DNA from: Wigglesworthia glossinidia endosymbiont of Glossina morsitans morsitans (Yale colony)
Lineage (GTDB): Bacteria > Pseudomonadota > Gammaproteobacteria > Enterobacterales > Enterobacteriaceae
Assembly (NCBI RefSeq): GCF_000247565.1
Contig: NC_016893.1
Location: 360,001-392,000 of the forward strand
Length of the DNA stretch: 32,000 nt
Direction of reading: 5' to 3'
Both the position numbers and the translations under genes were made by a program. Every line of letters starts with the position of its first letter. The first letter of the stretch is position 1. Under the pieces are notes generated by a model. That model was given only the letters and a program-made list of their open reading frames with translations, did not search any database and had not been told where the DNA came from. Below are positions 10,180 to 19,429 of the stretch, piece after piece.

Positions 10180-10377
10180 ATGGCTAGAGTAACAGTTCAA
10201 AAAGCAGTAGAAAAAATTGGAAATTGTTTTGATTTAGTTTTAGTAGCAGCTCAAAGAGCAAGAGAAATTCAAATATTGGGAAAAATACCTTTAGTAGAAA
10301 AAGCAAATGACAAATGTACAGTTATTGCTCTCAGAGAAATAGAAAAAGGATTAGTAGATCAATCTACTTTTGATTAA
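10180..10377 (+). CDS. rpoZ: RNA polymerase omega subunit, C-terminally short (65 aa)
   Basis: [31 protein letters not shown]...[16 protein letters not shown]; follows gmk. Confidence 0.96.
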   Translation: MARVTVQKAVEKIGNCFDLVLVAAQRAREIQILGKIPLVEKANDKCTVIALREIEKGLVDQSTFD

Positions 10378-10431
10378 AAAGTTTATTTGTCCTCTAAAAA
10401 AATATTTAAAATACAAGGTTAAACTAATTAT

Positions 10432-10599
10432 TTATTTTATTTTTTTCTCATTATAAATTACATGCTTTCTAGCGATAGGGTCAAATTTTTTTATTTTTAT
10501 TTTTTTGTTACCAGAAGATTTATTTCTTGTGGTAGTATAAAAATGAGAAGTTCCTGCTGAAGATATTAACTTAATTATTTCTCTTTTAGATTTAGACAT
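10432..10599 (-). CDS. rpmG: 50S ribosomal protein L33 (55 aa; not in the supplied ORF list)
   Basis: Manual translation of the reverse strand: [55 protein letters not shown]; downstream of rpmB as in E. coli. Confidence 0.96.
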   Translation of the reverse strand: MSKSKREIIKLISSAGTSHFYTTTRNKSSGNKKIKIKKFDPIARKHVIYNEKKIK

Positions 10600-10829
10600 A
10601 ATCTATAAATTTTTTTATTCTTTGATAATACTTTATTTATACCATATTTATCTATTAAACGCAATCCTTTGTTAGAAATACGCAAATTAATGAATTTCTT
10701 TTCTTTTTCTATCCAAAATCGATGAAAATGTAAATTTGGAAAAAATTTTCTTTTTTTTGCATTCATTGCATGAGAACGTCGATTACCGCTTAACGGTTTT
10801 TTTCCTGTTATTTGACAAATTTTTGACAT
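10575..10829 (-). CDS. rpmB: 50S ribosomal protein L28 (84 aa, C-terminally extended)
   Basis: [63 protein letters not shown]. Confidence 0.97.
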   Translation of the reverse strand: MSKICQITGKKPLSGNRRSHAMNAKKRKFFPNLHFHRFWIEKEKKFINLRISNKGLRLIDKYGINKVLSKNKKIYRLCLNLKEK

Positions 10830-11122
10830 AATATGTATGCGCCTTTCAAAATTTGAGTTTTATAATTTTATTGTAGTAATCAAATATTCATTAAATTTAC
10901 ATTGATGTAATTAAAAATAAGTTATATATTACAATTAATAAAAATTAGAATATTTATGCATTAAATATTCAATCAAAATTAATTTTTTTTATTAAAACAT
11001 ATCTTTTATTTAAAGTAAAAGTTTTTAATATAGTAACAATTGAAATATTTAAATATTATGCACGATAAAATTCTATTTGATTTATTAAAATCTACGAGCA
11101 TATTATAATACTACACTAGTAT

Positions 11123-12352
11123 ATGCAAATGAAAGAATTAATAAACAAAAATATTTTGCTAGGTATAAGCGGCAGTATTTCGGCTTATAAATCACTCGAC
11201 TTGATACGTAAATTACAAGATCAAGGCGCAAATGTACGCGTAGTTATGACAAGATCAGCACAGTCTTTTGTAACACCATTAAGTGCTGCAATATTATCTA
11301 ATCATGATGTTACGACTGATAATAACTTTAATAAAAACTATACTGTTAATCATATCGCAATTTCTAAGTGGCCAGATTTAATTATTATAGCACCAGCAAC
11401 TGCAAATATATTAGCTAAATTGTCATCCGGAATCTCTGATGACGTATTGAGTGCGATCTGTTTAGCTACTAATTCCACAATTGCAATATCACCTTCAATG
11501 AATACTAATATGTATTTAGCATCTGCCACACAAGAAAATTTAAAAAAACTAAATGCTCGCGGTATTTTATGTTGGGGTCCAGAATATGGCATTCAAGCTT
11601 GTGGAGATTGCGGATTAGGTCGAATGTTAAATATATCAGAATTGCTTGTATTAACAATTAAATATTTTAAATCTCATAATTGCGCTACAAAAAATTTAAA
11701 AATATTAATTACAGCAGGGCCTACTCGAGAACGCATTGATCCAGTACGTTTTATTAGTAATTATAGTTCCGGCAAAATGGGTTTCGCAATTGTTAAAGCC
11801 GCAATAGAAGAAGGTGCGCAAGTTACTTTGATTTCAGGCCCTGTAAGCTTACCTACACCGAAAGGAATTTTTAAAAAAATCAACGCTATAAGCGCATTCG
11901 ATATGTATAAAGCAGTGATGTTATCTATCAATAATCAAGATATTTTTATTGCTTGTGCAGCTATTACAGATTATCGTGTAGAAAATTTTTCTATTCAAAA
12001 AATAAAAAAAAAGCACAACAAACAATTAACACTAAAATTTATCAAAAACCCAGATATTTTGTCTGAAGTAGCTTCATTAAAATATAATAAACGTCCTTAT
12101 ATTGTAGGATTTTCTGCAGATACAGAAAACATAAAAAAAAATGCTCAAGAAAAACGTATTCGAAAAAATATAGATTTAATTTGTGCAAACGATATTTCAA
12201 AACCTAATCAAGGCTTTAATAGTAACTATAATGAATTACATTTATTTTGGAATCAAGGAAATATGATATTATCTATAAAAAATAAAATATCTCTTGCAAA
12301 AAAATTATTACATCAAATTATTGTTTTTTATGAAAAAAAAAATAAGTATTAA
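11123..12352 (+). CDS. coaBC: Bifunctional phosphopantothenoylcysteine decarboxylase/phosphopantothenate-cysteine ligase
   Basis: LLGISGSISAYKSLDLIRKLQDQG, VNHIAISKWPDLIIIAPATANILAKL, SPSMNTNMY, ITAGPTRERIDPVRFISNYSSGKMG; divergent from rpmBG and upstream of dut. Confidence 0.97.
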   Translation: MQMKELINKNILLGISGSISAYKSLDLIRKLQDQGANVRVVMTRSAQSFVTPLSAAILSNHDVTTDNNFNKNYTVNHIAISKWPDLIIIAPATANILAKLSSGISDDVLSAICLATNSTIAISPSMNTNMYLASATQENLKKLNARGILCWGPEYGIQACGDCGLGRMLNISELLVLTIKYFKSHNCATKNLKILITAGPTRERIDPVRFISNYSSGKMGFAIVKAAIEEGAQVTLISGPVSLPTPKGIFKKINAISAFDMYKAVMLSINNQDIFIACAAITDYRVENFSIQKIKKKHNKQLTLKFIKNPDILSEVASLKYNKRPYIVGFSADTENIKKNAQEKRIRKNIDLICANDISKPNQGFNSNYNELHLFWNQGNMILSIKNKISLAKKLLHQIIVFYEKKNKY

Positions 12353-12791
12353 AATATTAGATCATGATTTTGGAAAAAAATTTCCATTACCTCAATATTA
12401 TACTAAAGGATCTTCTGGAATAGATTTACGTGCTTGTATTCGTAGTAATCTGCTAATAAAAGCTAATAATATTGCATTAATTTCTACTGGAATAGCGATG
12501 CATATTGCAGATCAAAACTTATCGGGGTTAATTTTACCAAGATCCGGACTGGCGCATAATCACGGTATAGTACTGTCGAATACGGTTGGCGTAATTGATT
12601 CAGATTATCAAGGTCCAATTTATCTATCCGTATTAAATAGAAGTAAGAAAGATTTTTTAATTTCTCCGGGAGATAGAATTGCTCAAATAATATTTGTTTG
12701 TATATCCCAAGTTTATTTAGATATAGTAACTGATTTTTGTCATCATACTGAAAGAAAAGATTCAGGTTTAGGTCATTCAGGAATTAAGTAA
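12330..12791 (+). CDS. dut: dUTP diphosphatase; start placed at ATG 12330, overlapping the coaBC end
   Basis: GSSGIDLRACI, LPRSGLAHNHGIVLSNTVGVIDSDYQGPIYLSVLN, ISPGDRIAQIIF, ERKDSGLGHSG. Confidence 0.96.
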   Translation: MKKKISIKILDHDFGKKFPLPQYYTKGSSGIDLRACIRSNLLIKANNIALISTGIAMHIADQNLSGLILPRSGLAHNHGIVLSNTVGVIDSDYQGPIYLSVLNRSKKDFLISPGDRIAQIIFVCISQVYLDIVTDFCHHTERKDSGLGHSGIK

Positions 12792-12799
12792 TTTCAAAA

Positions 12800-13447
12800 T
12801 CATATTCCATATTTTATTTTATATTGCTTAATAGAGCATAGATCTGTTGTATGTACAATGTTTTTATTTTGTTCCAAAAACAAAATTAAATCTGTTAGTT
12901 TAATAATTGATTTTATTTTAAAATTAAAATTTTTTTGTAAATTTTTTATTGCAGATTGTTTGTATAGATCTTGCTCTTGACGGTCTAAAGCGATAATCAT
13001 TCCTGATAAATGAATCTCACTAGGATTCATAATGCTTATAATTTTTTGAATAGTTGACCCAGAAGTAACAACATCATCCATAAGAATAATTTTACCTTTT
13101 GGTCGTTTTCCAACAATTAATCCTTTTTCTCCATGATTCTTATATTCTTTTCTATTAAAACAAATACAAACATTTTGATTATAATCATACGACAAAATAA
13201 TAGAACTCGATAATGCAATAGCAATACCCTTATAAGATAAACCAAATAACATATCATAAGAAATTTTTGATTCTAGCAAAGTTTTTACGTACATTTTTCC
13301 TAAAAAAATTAAATCTTTTCCGCTATTAAATTTACTTATATCAAAAAAATAAGGACTAATACGTCCAGACTTCAGTATAAATTTACCAAATTGTAATGCG
13401 TTTTTATCTATCGCATATCGAATAAATTCATATTGATAATTTTTCAT
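12800..13447 (-). CDS. pyrE: Orotate phosphoribosyltransferase
   Basis: NALQFGKFILKSGRISPYFFDISKF, LLFGLSYKGIAIALSS, CFNRKEYKNHGEKGLIVG, ILMDDVVTSGSTI; near dut as in E. coli (slmA absent). Confidence 0.95.
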   Translation of the reverse strand: MKNYQYEFIRYAIDKNALQFGKFILKSGRISPYFFDISKFNSGKDLIFLGKMYVKTLLESKISYDMLFGLSYKGIAIALSSSIILSYDYNQNVCICFNRKEYKNHGEKGLIVGKRPKGKIILMDDVVTSGSTIQKIISIMNPSEIHLSGMIIALDRQEQDLYKQSAIKNLQKNFNFKIKSIIKLTDLILFLEQNKNIVHTTDLCSIKQYKIKYGI

Positions 13448-13509
13448 AGAAATCCGTATTATTAAAAAATAAGTTAAAAAACATTCAATAATTTATAGTC
13501 ATATTAAAA

Positions 13510-13583
13510 TCGGCATGAAAGGATTTGAACCTCTGACCTCCGACACCCCATATCGGTGCGCTACCAGGCTGCGCTACATGCCG
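13510..13583 (-). tRNA. tRNA-Pro (anticodon GGG)
   Basis: Reverse strand CGGCATGTAGCGCAGCCTGGTAGCGCACCGATATGGGGTGTCGGAGGTCAGAGGTTCAAATCCTTTCATGCCG(A). Anticodon loop ATGGGGT; closely matches E. coli proL type. Confidence 0.93.
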
Positions 13584-13681
13584 TATTATTTAAAATAAAT
13601 TAATTTTTTTCAAATTTTTTTGAATTAAAAAATAGTTTTCATTATAATAAATATATTTAAAATTTTTATATCAAAAATACT

Positions 13682-15169
13682 GTGTATTGTAATTTCTTTA
13701 AAAAAATTTTACAACATATAAAATGGAACAAATCATATTTGTTAGCATTTAGTGGTGGATTAGATTCTACAGTTTTATTAAACATTTTATCAAAATGTAT
13801 AAATACTTCAAAAGAAAAATTACATAAAAAAACACTAAAAATCCGAGCTATACATATTAATCATGGTTTACATAAACAATCTTCTGTTTGGGAAAAACAT
13901 TGTTCTTTGCAATGTATAAAATATCAAATTCCTTTTAAATCCATCCAAATATCTATAAAAGATTTTTCAGGAGGATTAGAAGCTGCAGCAAGACGTGCAC
14001 GTTATCAAGCATTATTTAATAATTTAAAATCTTCAGAAATTTTGCTAACTGCTCATCATCAAAATGATCAGATAGAAACTTTTTTTTTATTATTAAAAAG
14101 AGGAAGTGGGCCGCATGGTTTATCTGGAATGCAATTACATACAAGATATAAAAAAAATAATATCTTCAGACCATTTTTGTTATTTAAAAAAAGCGATATA
14201 AAGTTGTACGCCGTTAAAAATAAATTAGAATGGATCGAAGATTCAAGCAATGCCGATATTAAATATGATAGAAATTTCTTACGTATAAAAATAATTCCTG
14301 TATTACTAAAACGTTGGCCAAATTTAATAAATTCTATTGCTAATAGTATGAAGCTATGTTACGACCAAGAACAATTATTATATGAATGTTTACAAGAATC
14401 TCTGGATCATTTAATTTTAGCTGATGGCTCATTAAATTTTACTGAAATATTACATATGAGTAAAATAAAAAGATATTTTATTTTGCGTAGTTGGTTTTCA
14501 AAAAATTGTATGCATATGCCATCAATTAAACAAATTACTTATATTTGGAAAAACATTATTCTTAGCAAAATAGATGCTCAATCTGAATTAAAAATTGAAA
14601 AAAAAATTGTTAAAAGATTTAAAAAAAATTTATATTTTGTATCTGATCAATTAAAATCACCAAAAAAAGAAATTTCTTTATCCGTAAAAGAAATTTTTCA
14701 TACCAAAAAAGTTTACTTACCACTAGATTTAGGTATTTTATTCTTTAAACCTATCATATTTAATGAACAATTAATAAAAAAACTACAATATTTAAAAGAA
14801 AAAAATTTCTTAACTAAAAACTATGAAAATACATTAAGTTTTTTTTTAAAAAATAAATTTCAACGTATTCAAGAAAACATTTTTTATTTAAAAAATAGAT
14901 GCATTACCATCGTAAAATATCCACATTTTTATAAAAATATATTTTTAAAATTTAAAAATACTCAGAATATCTTATATATGCGTAAATCTATTAATAAAAA
15001 ATTAAAGCATAACTCGATTCCTCCTTGGGAGAGGAGTCGAATTCCGCTTTTATTTTACGATAACAATTTAATTTCTGCTCTTAGTGTATTTATTACTCCA
15101 TCGGGATATACAAAAAAAGATAATCAAGCAATTTTGTTATATTGGAAAAAATATAAAGTTATTAAATAA
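13682..15169 (+). CDS. tilS: tRNA(Ile)-lysidine synthase; GTG start
   Basis: LLAFSGGLDSTVLLNIL (PP-loop), RAIHINHGLHKQS, LLTAHHQNDQIETFFLLLKRGSGPHGLSGM, WIEDSSNADIKYDRNFLR. Confidence 0.95.
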   Translation: MYCNFFKKILQHIKWNKSYLLAFSGGLDSTVLLNILSKCINTSKEKLHKKTLKIRAIHINHGLHKQSSVWEKHCSLQCIKYQIPFKSIQISIKDFSGGLEAAARRARYQALFNNLKSSEILLTAHHQNDQIETFFLLLKRGSGPHGLSGMQLHTRYKKNNIFRPFLLFKKSDIKLYAVKNKLEWIEDSSNADIKYDRNFLRIKIIPVLLKRWPNLINSIANSMKLCYDQEQLLYECLQESLDHLILADGSLNFTEILHMSKIKRYFILRSWFSKNCMHMPSIKQITYIWKNIILSKIDAQSELKIEKKIVKRFKKNLYFVSDQLKSPKKEISLSVKEIFHTKKVYLPLDLGILFFKPIIFNEQLIKKLQYLKEKNFLTKNYENTLSFFLKNKFQRIQENIFYLKNRCITIVKYPHFYKNIFLKFKNTQNILYMRKSINKKLKHNSIPPWERSRIPLLFYDNNLISALSVFITPSGYTKKDNQAILLYWKKYKVIK

Positions 15170-15186
15170 ATTTAATATAAATTTAT

Positions 15187-17235
15187 TTATTTTTGAATTC
15201 CATAATACTTAAGAAAATAGTTGATTTTAGGTTTTCTTTTTTTAAATTTAAAAAATAAAATTAATGGATCTTCTGATCCTCCTTTAGATAAAAATGTTTT
15301 AAGAAAACGTTTTCCTATTTTAGGATTTAAAATTCCATATTTTTCAAATGTTGACCAAATATCTAACGATAGTGTGTTAGCCCATAAATAACTATAATAT
15401 CCAGATGCATATCCTCCGGAAAATATATGACTAAAAGTATTAGGAAAACATTCCCAATGAGCTCTTGGGGTAACAGAAATTTTGTTTTGTACTTGTTCGA
15501 GTATTTTATTTATTATATTTTGATCTTCTTTATCAAAAGAAGATAATAAGTGAATATTTAAATCAAACAAAGAAAACTCTAATTGACGTAAAATAAACAA
15601 GCTAGATTGATAAGATCGCATTTTTGATAAATTTTGAATAATAGATTTTGGTAACTTTTCATTAGTTTGATAATGTTTAGAAATTAACCGAATTGATTCT
15701 GGATGCCAACAATAATTTTCCATAAGCTGACTGGCGATTTCAACAGAATCCCATGGAATTCCATTAATTCCTGATACTCCGAGGGTTTCTACTGAGGTTA
15801 ATAAATGTTGTAAATTGTGTCCAAATTCATGAAATAATGTTACTACTTCTTTATGTAATAACAAGCTGGGACAATTTTTATATGGTTTACTAAAGTTGCA
15901 TATAATATATGTTATAGGTTTCTCTAAACTACCGTCTGATAAACGCATGCGACTGGAATAAAAATCCATCCAAGCCCCATCTTTTTTATTTTTTCGACTA
16001 TATAAATCTAAATAAAAACCTCCGAGAACTTGTTTTTGATTGTTAATAATTTCAAAAAAACGTACATTTTTGTCCCAAATATCTATATTTTTTTTTTCTA
16101 TTATATAAACTTTATAAAGAGATTCGACTATTGTGAATAATCCATGTAAAACTTGATTTTCTGGGAAAAAAACACGTAATTTTTCTTCGTCAATTTTAAA
16201 ATAATGTTTTTTTTGTTTTTCACTGTAATATGCAATATCCCATGGATTAAGAATATTTTTTTTGTAATTTTTTTTAACAAATTCATTTAATTTTTTTATT
16301 TCTAAAATTCCAATAGAATGTGTTTGATGATATATTGCATCTATAAATTTTAATACTTTTTTAGGGGATTTTGCTGTTTTTTTCATTAAAGATAATTCGG
16401 CATAATTTTTAAATCCTAGTATTTTTGCTAATCTATAACGTAATAACAAAATTTTATTAATTAATGGTCCGTTATCCCAATTTTTGAATTGTGGGTTTTG
16501 ATCTGATGCACGCGTGTGATAAGCGTAATATATTTCTTTTCTTAAATTTGAATTGTGACAATGTGTTAATATAGATATATAATTAATATGATTTAATTTT
16601 AAAATCCATCCAGATTTATCATTTTTTTGAGCATTTTTTTTTGCTTGATCGATTATATTATCTGGAATTCCTGATAGCTCTTCTTTATTGATTATATGCT
16701 TACTCCAACTTTGCATTGAATCTAGTATATTATTGCTGTATAACATACTTATAGATGCTAATTCAATTATAATTTCGGAAAATTTTTGTTTTTTTTCTTT
16801 AGATAAATTTACTCCTGATAATTCAAAATCTAAAACAGTATCGTTAATATATTTTTTTTGTTCTATGTTTAAAATTTTATATTGATTACTATTTTTTAGC
16901 TTAATAAAGGCTTCGTATAATTTATAATTTTGACCAATCCAGGTACTATATTCCGAAATTAGCATTAAACTTTTTTTATATTCATTTCGAAAACTTATCG
17001 TATTATTTATTAAATATAAATGAGAAATGGGAGACCAAACTTTATTTAAATAATTTTCTAATTCTAAAAATGGTTGACACAAATTTTTCCAAGAAAATTG
17101 AGATATTTCCGTTAAAATATGATAAATATTTTTATGGCATTTTTTTAATGCTGTCTGAACAGCAGGCAATACATGATGTGTTTGAATTAAAGAAAATTTA
17201 GGTAAACTTGATGTAAAAAGTAACGGGTTTTCCAT
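15187..17235 (-). CDS. prlC: Oligopeptidase A (M3 family metallopeptidase)
   Basis: NPLLFTSSLPKFS...HVLPAVQTAL, WENLCQPFLELEN, LFHEFGHNLQHLLTSVET (HEXXH), SGGYASGYYSYLWANTLSLDIW. Confidence 0.95.
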   Translation of the reverse strand: MENPLLFTSSLPKFSLIQTHHVLPAVQTALKKCHKNIYHILTEISQFSWKNLCQPFLELENYLNKVWSPISHLYLINNTISFRNEYKKSLMLISEYSTWIGQNYKLYEAFIKLKNSNQYKILNIEQKKYINDTVLDFELSGVNLSKEKKQKFSEIIIELASISMLYSNNILDSMQSWSKHIINKEELSGIPDNIIDQAKKNAQKNDKSGWILKLNHINYISILTHCHNSNLRKEIYYAYHTRASDQNPQFKNWDNGPLINKILLLRYRLAKILGFKNYAELSLMKKTAKSPKKVLKFIDAIYHQTHSIGILEIKKLNEFVKKNYKKNILNPWDIAYYSEKQKKHYFKIDEEKLRVFFPENQVLHGLFTIVESLYKVYIIEKKNIDIWDKNVRFFEIINNQKQVLGGFYLDLYSRKNKKDGAWMDFYSSRMRLSDGSLEKPITYIICNFSKPYKNCPSLLLHKEVVTLFHEFGHNLQHLLTSVETLGVSGINGIPWDSVEIASQLMENYCWHPESIRLISKHYQTNEKLPKSIIQNLSKMRSYQSSLFILRQLEFSLFDLNIHLLSSFDKEDQNIINKILEQVQNKISVTPRAHWECFPNTFSHIFSGGYASGYYSYLWANTLSLDIWSTFEKYGILNPKIGKRFLKTFLSKGGSEDPLILFFKFKKRKPKINYFLKYYGIQK

Positions 17236-17344
17236 TTTGATAATCCTAATATAATAATTTAATTAAAGTTTTAGTATTTTTACAAATTATATTTTTTTAC
17301 AATTAAATAAAATATTAAAAGTTTATTTTATTAATATAAATATA

Positions 17345-18013
17345 TTATACTCCATAATCAGAAATTACTTCCAGTACGCCGTTAATAATAAATTGTACTC
17401 CCATGCAAACTAATAAGAATCCCATTAATCTAGAAATTGCTTCTATACCACTAGAACCTATTACATGCATAATAGCACTAGAACTACGTAAAGCAATCCA
17501 GACTATTATACTAATAATAAAAAAAACTAAAACTGGTGCTAAATCACTAATCCAGGATGAAAAATAAATATCTTCGTTTACTGTGGATACCCAACTAATA
17601 ATCATAGCTATAGTACCTGGACCAGCAGTGCTTGGCATAGCTAAAGGTACAAAAGCAATATTTGTCATTTTATTTTTACATGGATATTTAATTGTACTTT
17701 TTTTACGATGAGGTTCTTCATCTGAAGATGTAGAAAATAACATTCTAAATCCTATAAAAGAAACAATCAACCCTCCAGCGATTCTTAATCCTGAAATAGA
17801 AATACCAAATGTACTTAAAACTAATGTACCAGCATAAAATGTAACCATCATAATTGCGAAAACATATACTGACGCCATTCTAGCTTGTTGATTGCGTACT
17901 TCAGGTGTCATATTTTTGCTTAAACTTAAAAATAAAGCTACTGTAGTAAGTGGATTAACCAATGGCAAGAGTACCATTAAACCTAGACCGACGGCTTTAA
18001 ATAATTCAAACAT
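17345..18013 (-). CDS. marC: MarC family membrane protein
   Basis: [113 protein letters not shown]; strong SD-like taggaga upstream on the minus strand. Confidence 0.93.
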   Translation of the reverse strand: MFELFKAVGLGLMVLLPLVNPLTTVALFLSLSKNMTPEVRNQQARMASVYVFAIMMVTFYAGTLVLSTFGISISGLRIAGGLIVSFIGFRMLFSTSSDEEPHRKKSTIKYPCKNKMTNIAFVPLAMPSTAGPGTIAMIISWVSTVNEDIYFSSWISDLAPVLVFFIISIIVWIALRSSSAIMHVIGSSGIEAISRLMGFLLVCMGVQFIINGVLEVISDYGV

Positions 18014-18794
18014 ATAAATTCGTGTCTCCTAGACAATTTGATACTTTGCTTGCGCAATATTTTATCAGAAATAAATTGATAATTTTGAACATCGATTGAA
18101 TATAATAAGCAAATTTTAATAACATAGGTTATGATTAAATAAATACAATATTTATTTAAAATTATAAAATTTTTAATTGTATTTGTATGTGACTATTCTA
18201 ATATTATACTGTTTACTTAGTACACCTTGTCTATTTTAATATATATAATAAGTAATTATATTCTATATTAATAAATATTATTTTTGAAAAAAGAAATATA
18301 TTTATCTTTTTTTTTAAATAATTTAAAATTAAATTTTTAGTGATTAAAAAAATTATTTATAGTATAAACAATAGTCATTTAAATTTTATTTAAAAAAAAT
18401 TTTATATCTCTATATCATAAAATATTTTATAAGTGAACATTATTCATGTTTGAAAAAATTTTATGTAAATTCATAATTAAAATTTTTTTATAAATCTTTA
18501 TTAAAGATGACATACTCATATTTATTGTGAAAAATAAATTTAATAAATAAAAATACTCACAATATTAACAATTTTTTATATATTAAAAAACTTAAAAATG
18601 TTTATTTATAATTTATATGAAATATTAAAATTAAAATATATAAAATATTTTTTATTTTAAAATGTACAATTAAATTTTAATTACGTATTCTATGCAAATT
18701 TAAGCAAATAATATGCTTGTATAATTGGCGAGTAGGTAGAGATGTGTAAAATTTTATTTAAAAAATTTAAATAGTATGAAAAGCCGATTTTTAA

Positions 18795-18867
18795 TGCCCG
18801 AAGACGGAATCGAACCGTCGACACAAGGATTTTCAGTCCTTTGCTCTTCCAACTGAGCTATTCGGGC
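18795..18867 (-). tRNA. tRNA-Phe (anticodon GAA)
   Basis: Reverse strand GCCCGAATAGCTCAGTTGGAAGAGCAAAGGACTGAAAATCCTTGTGTCGACGGTTCGATTCCGTCTTCGGGCA; 73 nt with canonical cloverleaf. Confidence 0.96.
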
Positions 18868-18999
18868 AAATAATTTTTGTAAATTTTTAATTTAAAAATC
18901 TTTTTGCTAAAAAACATTAAAAATTTTTAAAGTTTTAAGAATTTCGAACGTTATTTTAACATAGTTTAAAAAACTAGAAAATAATTATATGCTTAAATT

Positions 19000-19362
19000 C
19001 TAATATGCTATATTTTTTTTAATCCATCTTTTATAATTTTTTTCTATACTATCGGTAGACAACACAATAAGTTCTGGAATATCGTATGGATGCAAATTTT
19101 TAATTGCTGTAAAAATATGATTTTTTAACATCAAATTACTTTTTATTAAAATTTGTACTTCTTTTTTTTTTGTTAAAGTGTTATTCCAATAGTAAAATGA
19201 AGTAGCTCCTGATAATTGTGTAATACAAGCCGCTAATTTATTTTTTAATAAATACTTAATGCTAGATTGTGCAGATTCAAAATCTGGGAAAGTGCATAAC
19301 ACTATACAGATAGTGCTTTTTTTTAGAATTATATTTTGAGATAAATTATGCGTATTATTCAT
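19000..19362 (-). CDS. cutA: CutA-family divalent cation tolerance protein
   Basis: VLCTFPDFESAQSSIKYLLKNKLAACITQLSGATSFYYWNNTLTKKKEVQILIKS, HPYDIPELIVL. Confidence 0.94.
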   Translation of the reverse strand: MNNTHNLSQNIILKKSTICIVLCTFPDFESAQSSIKYLLKNKLAACITQLSGATSFYYWNNTLTKKKEVQILIKSNLMLKNHIFTAIKNLHPYDIPELIVLSTDSIEKNYKRWIKKNIAY

Positions 19363-19429
19363 ATTCGTTTCTCTTTTAAAGTATAAAACTGACTTAAATC
19401 ATATCATTAAACAACTTTTATAATGAATT

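Noticed and set aside
11350-11592. Minus-strand ORF of 80 aa inside coaBC
   Set aside because: Antisense shadow of a conserved CDS.
12330-12352. coaBC/dut overlap as an anomaly
   Set aside because: A short overlap of these adjacent genes is in line with the usual enterobacterial arrangement, so not unusual.
14068-14250. Minus-strand ORF of 60 aa inside tilS
   Set aside because: Short antisense ORF in a conserved gene, no start context or homology.
16688-16885. Plus-strand ORF of 65 aa inside prlC (minus)
   Set aside because: Antisense to OpdA coding sequence; no support.
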